Shown here one piece after another: positions 38,710 through 47,245 of a DNA stretch of 64,000 nt. Source of the DNA: a candidate division FCPU426 bacterium (GTDB lineage Bacteria > Oederibacteriota > Muellerivitia > Muellerivitales > Muellerivitaceae). The stretch spans positions 160,001 to 224,000 of the forward strand of contig CAWCKJ010000002.1 of NCBI GenBank assembly GCA_963796105.1, in the 5' to 3' direction. Position numbers and translations under genes: made by a program. Under the pieces are notes generated by a model. That model searched no databases and was not told the origin of the DNA. It worked only from the letters and a program-made list of their open reading frames with translations. Position 1 is the first letter of the stretch. Each line of letters opens with the position of its first letter.

Positions 38710-39042
38710 TTCCTCGCTCAAAAAGACTTTTATGGGTAACGTTTATTAATCCCGAAATATTCGATCATTCTTTCCTCATGGATGAAAAAACATAGCTGGG
38801 GATACATTGGTTTTGCCAGCCTCTTCATCCATTTAAAAGCCTTCATCCGGAAGCTCTTGGTAAGTTAAACGTCTTAAAACCTCCTGCTGTGGCAAAAAAC
38901 CTTGTAAATAGGCCCCAATTCATTGCGATTTCCATATGGCAATGTTATAGTAAAAAGGCTGTTCAAAGCTAACCATCGATAAAATTCTAACCCAAAGGGT
39001 ATTTTTTTGGGTTTTTTCGCCGGGTGAAAAGTCAGGGGTTTT

Positions 39043-41643
39043 ATGGCCGATTCGGGTAATGTCGATAAAAAAAACATTGTCAAAATGGCCTATATATATT
39101 TCCAAGAAGGCCGTTGGGACAAGGCTATTGAAGAATACAAGAAGCTGATCTCTTTGGACCCCGAAGACACCAACGCCCACAATATGTTGGGCGATGTTTA
39201 CGTCAAAAAGGGGGCTATTCGTGAGGCCTTTGAGGAATATAACCGTGTTTCCACCGATCTCTCAACCCGAGGCCAAACGGAAAAAGTCATTATTGTTAAC
39301 AAAAAAATAGCCTCGCTTGACCCCACCCTTCTTCCCGCGGACGCTCAGAAAAAACAAAGTCTCATCAAACAGACTTTCAAGGCCGAGAACGCCATGGAAC
39401 ATGGCGACATGGAGTCGGCCATCGGGGCCTTGAGTGAAGTCATCAAATTGGATCCCGATAATCTTGCGGCTTATTCCAAATTGGGGGACCTTTTCGAGAA
39501 AAACGGCCGTTTCGAGGAGGCTGTGAAGGAATATTTGGTGCTGGGAGAAGTTTTCCTGAAAAACCGCCTTTACAAGAAAGCCCAGGAAATGTTCCAAAAA
39601 GTTGTCCAACTTGAACCCAATAACACCGATGCGAGGGTAAATCTCGCCCAAATTTATATCAAACAGGGTTCTGAAGGCGACGCGAAAAAGGAATTTCTCA
39701 TCATCGCCGAACTCGCATTGAACCAGAATGACATGGAGCGAGCCACTCTTTACTCCCAAAAGGCTGTTGAATTCAAGAGTATTGAGGCCCATTACATCCT
39801 TGGCATGGTTTATTTCCGAAAACAACAATTCTCAGAGGCCAAGGTGGAATTTGAAAACCTCCTCCGATTCAAAGTCAACCATGTCGGTGCTTTAGCGCAC
39901 CTGGGCAAGGTCTTGTTGTTGCAAAACCAAGCAGATAAGGCGACAGAAATAATTCAAAAAGCTTTGAAATTGGAAAAAGATAACCTGATGGCACTCGAAG
40001 TTTTCGTGGAACTTTCCTTAAAAAAAGGCGCCAAAAACGAAGCTACCCAAACTTTGAATTTATTGGTGGATCGTTATGACGCGAAAAAGGACACGAAGAA
40101 AGCCATAGAATTCGCCAGGTACCTGGTTTCTGTGAACGAGTCAGATCCGGCGCCTGAGACGAGGCTAGGGGATCTTTTATTGCGCGAGGGGGATAAGGAT
40201 GGGGCGGCAGACGCCTACTTCAAGGCGGCCATGGCATTTGATAAACATGAAAAAAAGCCTCAAGCCCAGGAGTTCTTGAGAAAAGCTTTGGAATTGAATC
40301 CTGGGCATTCAGAGGCTCAAAAGCGGGTCATGGGGGAAGTCGTTGCAAAGGCCCCACAAGCGGAGGAAAAACAGGCTGTGCCTCAACCCTCGGTTCCTGC
40401 CGCGCCGGCAAAGGCCTCCAAAACCGATGTTTTGGATTTGGAACAGGAAGTGGATAATTCCCCAACACCTCCGCCCAAGCAAGTTCCCGCCCCTGCTGCA
40501 CCATCCACTCCTCCTTCTCCGGTGAAATCAACCGTGATGGAATTGGAATCTTCCGATGATTGGAGGACGGAGCTCTCTATTGCCGACAATTACGTCAAAC
40601 AGGAGATGGTGGAGGAGGCGATCGAAATATATCAACGTTTGGCTGAAGCCCATCCCGAGGAAGCCGGAATCAAGGAAAAATTAAATCAGGCTTATACCGC
40701 TTATGTGAAAACCGGGGAGGATGTTTTGGGAGCCCTCGAGGCGGAGAAAAAGGTCAAGGAGGAGGAAGACAAACGAATTCACGCGGAGATGGAGAAAAAA
40801 GCCCAGGAAGAGGTTAGGCGTCTCCAATTGGAAATGGAACAAAAAGCCAGGATGGAGGCTGAAGTCAGAATACGGATGGAATTGGAGCGCAAAGCCAAAG
40901 AGGATGTGGAGAGAAAGATTCAGGAGGAAGCTGAAAGAAAAATCAGGGAGGAGGCTGAGCGAAAAGTCCAGGAAGAAGCCGAGCGAAATGCCCGGGAAGG
41001 GGCAGAACGGAAAATCAGGGAAGAAGCAGAACGTAAAGTCCGAGAAGAGGCTGAAAGAAAAGTCAGGGAAGAAGCTGAGCGCAGGGCCCGGGAAGAAATG
41101 GATAAACGCGCACATGAAGAAGCCGTTAGAAAGGTTAAGGAAGAGGCTGAGCGGAAAGTCAGGGACGAGGAGCAAAGGAAAATCCGAGAGGAGGCGGAAG
41201 CCCGTCGAAAAGAGCGCGAGGAGAAGGAAAGGAAAAACCGGGAGGAGTCGGAAAAAAACAGCAAGAAGAACGCGCCGATTGGAAACATAAAGGTTTTTCG
41301 CGAGGAGCCAACCTCTAAAAGCGATAGTTTGGTGGAGGATGGAAAGGATGAATTTATGACTATTGCCGTGGCGGATATTTACGCGCGCCAAGGACTTCTT
41401 GAAGAAGCCATTAAAATATACAAACGCATTTTACAAATGGAACCTGACAATCTTGAGGCCTCCAAAAAGTTAAAGGATGTTGAAAGCCGCTTTAAATCTA
41501 TTACCCCGGTTGTTTCCGCTCCCATTGAAGCTGCTCCTGCACTTAAAAATCCAGCGCCCATTCCGGTGGAATCCCAAACTGACCCACCTCGTGAGAAAAA
41601 TTCGGATGGCAAAAAGAAATCAAATAGGGTAGGCTACGTTTAA
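39043..41643 (+). CDS. Large TPR protein with EEAERKVR charged-helix repeats
   Basis: Multiple TPRs; 8-aa repeats at ~40890-41250; TIAVADIYARQG C-terminal TPR. Confidence 0.85.
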   Translation: MADSGNVDKKNIVKMAYIYFQEGRWDKAIEEYKKLISLDPEDTNAHNMLGDVYVKKGAIREAFEEYNRVSTDLSTRGQTEKVIIVNKKIASLDPTLLPADAQKKQSLIKQTFKAENAMEHGDMESAIGALSEVIKLDPDNLAAYSKLGDLFEKNGRFEEAVKEYLVLGEVFLKNRLYKKAQEMFQKVVQLEPNNTDARVNLAQIYIKQGSEGDAKKEFLIIAELALNQNDMERATLYSQKAVEFKSIEAHYILGMVYFRKQQFSEAKVEFENLLRFKVNHVGALAHLGKVLLLQNQADKATEIIQKALKLEKDNLMALEVFVELSLKKGAKNEATQTLNLLVDRYDAKKDTKKAIEFARYLVSVNESDPAPETRLGDLLLREGDKDGAADAYFKAAMAFDKHEKKPQAQEFLRKALELNPGHSEAQKRVMGEVVAKAPQAEEKQAVPQPSVPAAPAKASKTDVLDLEQEVDNSPTPPPKQVPAPAAPSTPPSPVKSTVMELESSDDWRTELSIADNYVKQEMVEEAIEIYQRLAEAHPEEAGIKEKLNQAYTAYVKTGEDVLGALEAEKKVKEEEDKRIHAEMEKKAQEEVRRLQLEMEQKARMEAEVRIRMELERKAKEDVERKIQEEAERKIREEAERKVQEEAERNAREGAERKIREEAERKVREEAERKVREEAERRAREEMDKRAHEEAVRKVKEEAERKVRDEEQRKIREEAEARRKEREEKERKNREESEKNSKKNAPIGNIKVFREEPTSKSDSLVEDGKDEFMTIAVADIYARQGLLEEAIKIYKRILQMEPDNLEASKKLKDVESRFKSITPVVSAPIEAAPALKNPAPIPVESQTDPPREKNSDGKKKSNRVGYV

Positions 41644-41856
41644 TATTTCCGTTAATGTCATTTGCTTCCCGAAAAACCACAAGCATTAAATCAACGGAAT
41701 TAAGTTCTCTATGTGTTTTCTTTTCCTCGTGTTTTCGGGTTGTTATGAATATTGGCGAATTTTTCCCTTTTGACTGACTGTACCTAAAAGTCAATCCCTT
41801 TGACTAACAGGTTATAATGTTCATTAAGGTCGGGAAACATTTGGAAGGGATCCAGT

Positions 41857-42678
41857 ATGAGCTATGAAAACTTTTACGGCTTGAAGGAACAAGCGTTTTC
41901 AAACGCGCCTGACAGCCGCTTTTATTTTGAAAGCAGCCAACATTCCGAAGCCATGGTTCGCATGTTGCATGCGGTGGACACCATGAAAGGCCTAACGGTC
42001 GTTGTCGGGGACATCGGCACGGGGAAAACCCTGCTAGCTCGAAAAGCGCTCGAAATGCTGGAACAGGATCATCAATACGAAGCCACCCTGCTTGTGATTG
42101 TCCATAGTGAAATCACTGCTGAATGGATGTTGAAAAAAATCGCCCACCAATTGGGAGTGGAAAATCCCAGCGACGCCAAAGCCCAGATCATTTCCCAATT
42201 ATACGAACGCCTCATGAAAATTTACGAAGAGGGCCGCAAGGCGGTTGTGGTCATCGACGAAGCAAATATGCTTCAAAAGAAAGAGATTTTCGAGGAGTTC
42301 CGGGGTTTGCTGAACCTGGAGGTTCCCGGAAGGAAACTCATATCCTTTGTCTTGTTGGGCCTTCCTGAGCTGGAGAAATACCTGGCCTTGGATCCGCCGC
42401 TTTTCCAGAGAGTGGCCATGAAATTTTTCATCAAATCCTTGACTCGTGAATCCACGGAACAGTATATCCGCCACCGTTTAAGTGTCGCGGGTTGCACCAG
42501 GGATCTTTTTACCGCCAACGCTTACCAGAAAATTTTCGATTACACGAAGGGAATTCCCCGCTTGATCAACACCTCCTGCGATAACGCCATGCTGGAAGGT
42601 TACCTTTTAAAAAGGGAAGCCATCGACGCGGACATTATCGAACAGGTTGTCAAAGATTTGGGGTTGAAAAAAGATTAG
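41857..42678 (+). CDS. ExeA/GspA-family AAA ATPase
   Basis: YENFYGLKEQAFSNAPD, GDIGTGKT, VVIDEA, GIPRLINTSCDNAML. Confidence 0.9.
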   Translation: MSYENFYGLKEQAFSNAPDSRFYFESSQHSEAMVRMLHAVDTMKGLTVVVGDIGTGKTLLARKALEMLEQDHQYEATLLVIVHSEITAEWMLKKIAHQLGVENPSDAKAQIISQLYERLMKIYEEGRKAVVVIDEANMLQKKEIFEEFRGLLNLEVPGRKLISFVLLGLPELEKYLALDPPLFQRVAMKFFIKSLTRESTEQYIRHRLSVAGCTRDLFTANAYQKIFDYTKGIPRLINTSCDNAMLEGYLLKREAIDADIIEQVVKDLGLKKD

Positions 42679-42820
42679 CTATCCTCCCTGCATCAATCCG
42701 AACTTCTCCCAGTCTCCCCAAAAACGATCGTTTCAGTTGAGCCCTATTGGATTTTGCTTACCGGATTGAAAAGGCATGGAAAAACAGGGCCTAAAATTTT
42801 AGATTCACCCATCACGGTTT

Positions 42821-43651
42821 TCATTGCCAAGGTGTAAAAGCCCAAACCATCAGACGGAATTTCTCGAAAAAAATAGTTGAAAGAACGCCGGCGCATAAAA
42901 AAGGCCCAAAGGGAATGGGAGATTTTGGCTTCAGCCTGCCGGTCAACATTAGAAGAAGACCCAAAAACCCCGCGGTAATGGAACCCGCAAATAGCGCGTC
43001 GATCACTCTTTCCCATCCGACAAAGATCCCGAAGGACGCTAAAAGCTTGATGTCACCGCCGCCCATGGCTTCCTGCTTCAAGAATTTTTCACCAAGCCAG
43101 GCCATGAGAAGCAAAACGCCGCCGCCCGTGAGGAATCCTAATAAGGCTGATTCCACGCGGTCCGGCCAGCGCCCTCCTAAAAAGGGATTGAATGGAGCGA
43201 AACATAGGGCTGAAACCAGGAACGGAAAAACAATTTTATTGGGAATGGTATAAGTCCTGAGGTCGATTGCGGAGACGAGAATAGAAACGAGAACCATGAT
43301 TTCTAATATGACTAAGCTCAAAGGCGAATTGCTGAATTTCAGGTAGGCCCATAGAAACAGGACGCCAGTCACGGCCTCGACAAGGGGATATTGCCAGGAA
43401 ATCACTTTGCGGCAATAACGGCATCGGCCTCTCAAAAGTAAGAAACTGAGCAAAGGGATATTATCCCGCCACTTCAAGCGTTTTTTACATCTGGGGCAAT
43501 GGGACGGCGGACGCACGATGGACCGGCCCGAGGGAATGCGCAGGATGCAGACGTTCAAGAAGCTTCCAATGGTTAAACCGAACGTTAAAACAACCAGGGA
43601 GGGAAAAGACTGTCCTGCCCAGATTATGACGCTTGAAGCCATGCTTAACAC
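42821..43651 (-). CDS. pilD: Prepilin peptidase (A24)
   Basis: GSFLNVCILRIP, SHCPRC, NIPLLSF..LRGRCRYC, AMGGGDIKL, IPFGPFL. Confidence 0.92.
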   Translation of the reverse strand: MLSMASSVIIWAGQSFPSLVVLTFGLTIGSFLNVCILRIPSGRSIVRPPSHCPRCKKRLKWRDNIPLLSFLLLRGRCRYCRKVISWQYPLVEAVTGVLFLWAYLKFSNSPLSLVILEIMVLVSILVSAIDLRTYTIPNKIVFPFLVSALCFAPFNPFLGGRWPDRVESALLGFLTGGGVLLLMAWLGEKFLKQEAMGGGDIKLLASFGIFVGWERVIDALFAGSITAGFLGLLLMLTGRLKPKSPIPFGPFLCAGVLSTIFFEKFRLMVWAFTPWQ

Positions 43652-43900
43652 CCCTAAATCCTAAAACTGAAAATGGAATTTCCCGTAGATCGTGCAGACA
43701 GGACTGATTTTGAAAAAGTTAACCCCATAGTAACGTCTGGGAATATTTGACACAAGATTATAGGTAAAAATGCGCTTGCCTCAACGGGGCCTGAATTAAA
43801 AATAAAGTTGAAACGCAGAAAGAAAAAATAAATGGCTTTTCAAGATTCGGGACAATTAAAGGACCCAATTTGACTGTGGAACGTCATTGAAGCTAGGTGA

Positions 43901-44554
43901 TCAATGAGGGGCTGATAAAAGGGTTTGAAGAAAAGAAAACCATTCTTCCAGGCCTTCTCCCGTTTTGCAGGATGTCTGAAAATACCGATGGTGGGGATTG
44001 AGCTTATGGCAATCCTCCTTGACCCGGTCGACTCTGAAATCGACGTAGGGCAAAAGATCGGCCTTGGTCAAAACGACAGCCCCTGCCCGAAGGAAAAGGG
44101 CCGGGTACTTCATGGGCTTCTCATCGCCCTCGGCGACGCTTAAGAGGGCCACTTTCAGGTCCTCACCCAAGTCGTAGGTGGATGGGCATACCAAGTTGCC
44201 GATGTTCTCGATCACGAGAATTCTGGTTTCTTTTAATTCCAATTCAAAAAGCTTGCTCTTGACCATGGCGGCCGTCAGGTGGCAGGTGCCATGTGTCTCA
44301 ATTTGGACCGCTTGGCTGCCGGCGGCGCGGATGCGGTCGGCGTCAAATGTCATTTGAATGTCGCCGGTGATGACGGCCATCTTGGGACCGTAACGCTTGG
44401 CCATGGCTTCCAATAGGGAGGTTTTACCCGATCCGGGGGAGCTCAGGAAATTCAGGGTGACGAGACCCTTTTCCTTGAAAAACGCGCGATTCTCGGCCGC
44501 TACCTGGTTGTTGAGAGTTTGCGCGGATGCCTTGACCTCAATTTTCTCCGCCAT
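43901..44554 (-). CDS. hypB: Hydrogenase nickel incorporation GTPase
   Basis: SSPGSGKT, CHL, ENIGNLVCP, EGDEKPMKYP. Confidence 0.95.
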   Translation of the reverse strand: MAEKIEVKASAQTLNNQVAAENRAFFKEKGLVTLNFLSSPGSGKTSLLEAMAKRYGPKMAVITGDIQMTFDADRIRAAGSQAVQIETHGTCHLTAAMVKSKLFELELKETRILVIENIGNLVCPSTYDLGEDLKVALLSVAEGDEKPMKYPALFLRAGAVVLTKADLLPYVDFRVDRVKEDCHKLNPHHRYFQTSCKTGEGLEEWFSFLQTLLSAPH

Positions 44555-44882
44555 CGTTCACCTCGATACTTTCCACCCGGCAATCATTTCCGGTAGTGAT
44601 TTTCCGGTCGTATCCGCCACAAGAGGGGCAGGACTCCGCCATATTCTTAACTTCATAGGATTTTCCACAAACGCAAAGGAACGTCGCGGGCGTGAAATGG
44701 GCCTCCAACCGGACGCCTTTTTGCCCCTTTTCCTCGAAAACCAATTGTAAATACATCTCAAGGGATTCGTAGGCAATGCCGGAAAGGGCTCCGACGCTTA
44801 AGTGGACCTTCTCTAGCCGTTTTCCGAGGCTGTGCTGGAGGACCAAATCGGCAATATTCAACGCAACCGAGTACTCGTGCAT
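44538..44882 (-). CDS. hypA: Hydrogenase maturation nickel metallochaperone
   Basis: MHEYS, VGALSG, CxCG and CPSCG zinc motifs. Confidence 0.92.
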   Translation of the reverse strand: MHEYSVALNIADLVLQHSLGKRLEKVHLSVGALSGIAYESLEMYLQLVFEEKGQKGVRLEAHFTPATFLCVCGKSYEVKNMAESCPSCGGYDRKITTGNDCRVESIEVNDGGEN

Positions 44883-44933
44883 GTGATTATTCACGCATGG
44901 CGTCAGGCGAAAGTCAAGATCCCTGCAATCGGG

Positions 44934-45329
44934 TCAAGCCGGATTCGCGGGTGGAGCCGTAGCCGCGGGTTTGGGCGGAGGATTCTCCTGCGTCCAAGTT
45001 AACACCCCGCGTTTGTCGGTGGGAGGAGCGTAATGATCGGCGATATGGATGGAGTTTTTCGTCAAACAGGCATCCACACAGGCCCCACAGAGAACGCACT
45101 TGAAGCGGTCCAGCTTGAAGACCCGAGGCTGGCTTTTTCGGTCCATCTCGATGGCGCCGGTAGGGCATTTCCGTTGGCAAAGGGTGCAGAAAGTGCAATT
45201 CTCGATGTGCATGTCGATGCGCCCCCGGGTTTTCGGGATGTCGGGCCTGATCTCGAAGGGATACCGCCGGGTGGCAGGTTTTGAAAAAGCGCTCTTCATC
45301 GCGGTCTTAGACATTTTAAAGTAGGGCAT
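44934..45329 (-). CDS. echF: Ech hydrogenase 2x[4Fe-4S] subunit
   Basis: SKPATRRYP, CTFCTLCQRKCP, CVLCGACVDAC. Confidence 0.88.
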   Translation of the reverse strand: MPYFKMSKTAMKSAFSKPATRRYPFEIRPDIPKTRGRIDMHIENCTFCTLCQRKCPTGAIEMDRKSQPRVFKLDRFKCVLCGACVDACLTKNSIHIADHYAPPTDKRGVLTWTQENPPPKPAATAPPANPA

Positions 45330-45330
45330 T

Positions 45331-46410
45331 TTATCTCTCCGTACAGCTGATACAGGGGTCAATGCTCAACACGATCACGGGTACATCGGCTAACTGGCAT
45401 CCGCCCAACATATGAACTAGAGGAGGAACGTTGGCGAAAGTGGGCGTCCTGACGCGGTAGCGTTCCAGGAACTTCGTTCCGTTCCCCTTTACATAATGGA
45501 TCACCTCACCGCGGGGCTGCTCCAACCGGTTGAAATACTCGCCTGAAGGGGTTCCAGTTACTTTCACATCGATCGGCCCCGTGGGGATCTTCTCGATAGT
45601 CTGGCGGATCATGCCAAAGGACTGGTAAATCTCCCGGCAGCGCACCATCGTGCGGGAATAGCAGTCTCCCCCGGTTTCCACGACGGGCTCGAAAACAAGC
45701 GCACCATAGGCCCCATATTTCAACATTCGTGCGTCGGAGGCCCATCCGCTGGCGCGAAGTACCGGCCCGACTGCTCCCAAGAGATAGGCGTCATCTTTGG
45801 AAAGCACGCCCACCCCGACTGTCCGGCGCTTGACGGAGTTGTCATTCACAAAAACCGCGGTGATATCATGACATTGTTCCTCAATCTCCCTTAGCTCCTT
45901 GAAGACGTTCGTCATAGCGTCGGTTTGGATGTCGCGGCGGACGCCGCCTACCTTTGAGGCGCCAAAAATGACCCGGCCGCCGGTCGTGTTTTCTACCAGG
46001 TCCAATAGCCTCTCCCGGATTTTCCAGGAAAGCATGAAGAGATTCTCGAAACCGAAAGAGTCCGCCATCAAGCCCAGCCAAAGCAAGTGGCTGTGGATAC
46101 GGGAAATTTCCGACCAGATCACTCGCAGGAATTTGGCCCTCTCCGGAACCTCGATCTTCATGACGTTTTCCAAAGCCTGACAATAGGCGGTGCTGTGGAT
46201 GAAACTGCAGATTCCACAAATGCGCTCGGCCACATACACCATCTCGGTGAATTCCTTTTTCTCGGCCAGGCGTTCAAGACCCCGGTGGATGAAACCGATG
46301 GAAGGGATCGCCTGGACAACTTTCTCATCCTCCAGGACCAAGTCCAAGTGGATAGGCTCTGGAAGAACCGGATGTTGAGGCCCGAAAGGAACTATTGTTT
46401 GTTTACCCAT
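45331..46410 (-). CDS. echE: Ech [NiFe]-hydrogenase large subunit
   Basis: PFGPQHPVLPEP, ERICGICS, DPCISCTER* with no cleavable tail. Confidence 0.95.
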   Translation of the reverse strand: MGKQTIVPFGPQHPVLPEPIHLDLVLEDEKVVQAIPSIGFIHRGLERLAEKKEFTEMVYVAERICGICSFIHSTAYCQALENVMKIEVPERAKFLRVIWSEISRIHSHLLWLGLMADSFGFENLFMLSWKIRERLLDLVENTTGGRVIFGASKVGGVRRDIQTDAMTNVFKELREIEEQCHDITAVFVNDNSVKRRTVGVGVLSKDDAYLLGAVGPVLRASGWASDARMLKYGAYGALVFEPVVETGGDCYSRTMVRCREIYQSFGMIRQTIEKIPTGPIDVKVTGTPSGEYFNRLEQPRGEVIHYVKGNGTKFLERYRVRTPTFANVPPLVHMLGGCQLADVPVIVLSIDPCISCTER

Positions 46411-46411
46411 G

Positions 46412-46786
46412 TTATTTTCCCTGTACCGAAGTTTTATCATCAGCGAACGGCGTCTTCTTGGCCAATTGGTAGAAGTTGCCGTTGAAATTCAGCTTCAAGT
46501 CAGTCACTTTCAACCCAAAGAGGTCCTGCAGCTCGTTCTCGTAGGAAAAGGCCCCGAAATACTCCCCGGTGATGCTGGGAATGACCGCGTCGGAACGGGG
46601 GACCATCAGCCGCAGGCTGATGAATTTGCCGTTTTTATCAAAACTGTATGAAATCTCGAAATTTTCGGGCATTGTCGTGGCGCAGATCTGAACCATGCGG
46701 TACCCGTCTTTCCTGAGTTCCGCAACCTTGGCCACCAGCTGAGACCGGTCCAAGGAAACTAATGTTTGTTCCTCGATGTTCATCAT
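46412..46786 (-). CDS. echD: Ech hydrogenase subunit D (NuoC-like)
   Basis: GYRMVQIC, YSFD, PSIT, YENELQDLFG. Confidence 0.9.
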   Translation of the reverse strand: MMNIEEQTLVSLDRSQLVAKVAELRKDGYRMVQICATTMPENFEISYSFDKNGKFISLRLMVPRSDAVIPSITGEYFGAFSYENELQDLFGLKVTDLKLNFNGNFYQLAKKTPFADDKTSVQGK

Positions 46787-47241
46787 GACACCAACGCCTT
46801 TCCCGCGGTTTTTCCGGCTTTGTACTCCGCCGCCTTTTTTTCCAGGGCGCCAAGGCCCTGTACCACACCGTCAATAATGGCCTCAGGCCGGGCAGCGCAG
46901 CCCGGCACGTAAACGTCGACTGGGATGGTGGAATCCACGCCCTGGTGGATGTTGTAGCATTCCCGGAAGATGCCCCCGGAAAGCGCGCAGGCGCCGATGG
47001 CCACCACGACCTTGGGCTCCGGCATCTGGTTGTAGAGGTTTTTCACCACTTCCTGGTTCTGCTCGTTGACGGAACCAGTGATAAGAAGGATGTCGGCGTG
47101 CTTGGGGTTTCCGGTGTTGATGATACCGAAGCGTTCCACGTCATAAAGCGGGGTCAGGCAGGCCAGAACCTCGATGTCGCATCCATTGCAGCTGGAGGCA
47201 TCGTAATGCAAGACCCAGGGAGATTTTTTTAGGAAGCTCAA
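46783..47241 (-). CDS. echC: Ech hydrogenase small subunit (NuoB-like)
   Basis: SSCNGCDIE, GNPKHAD, GACALSGG, PGCAARPE. Confidence 0.93.
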   Translation of the reverse strand: MSFLKKSPWVLHYDASSCNGCDIEVLACLTPLYDVERFGIINTGNPKHADILLITGSVNEQNQEVVKNLYNQMPEPKVVVAIGACALSGGIFRECYNIHQGVDSTIPVDVYVPGCAARPEAIIDGVVQGLGALEKKAAEYKAGKTAGKALVS

Positions 47242-47245
47242 GGCG

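Noticed and set aside
38778..38832. Stem-loop ATGGATGAA...TTCATCCAT after the PorV-like gene
   Set aside because: It is single-copy with a large interior loop and no U-tract; it cannot be told apart from chance or a weak terminator.
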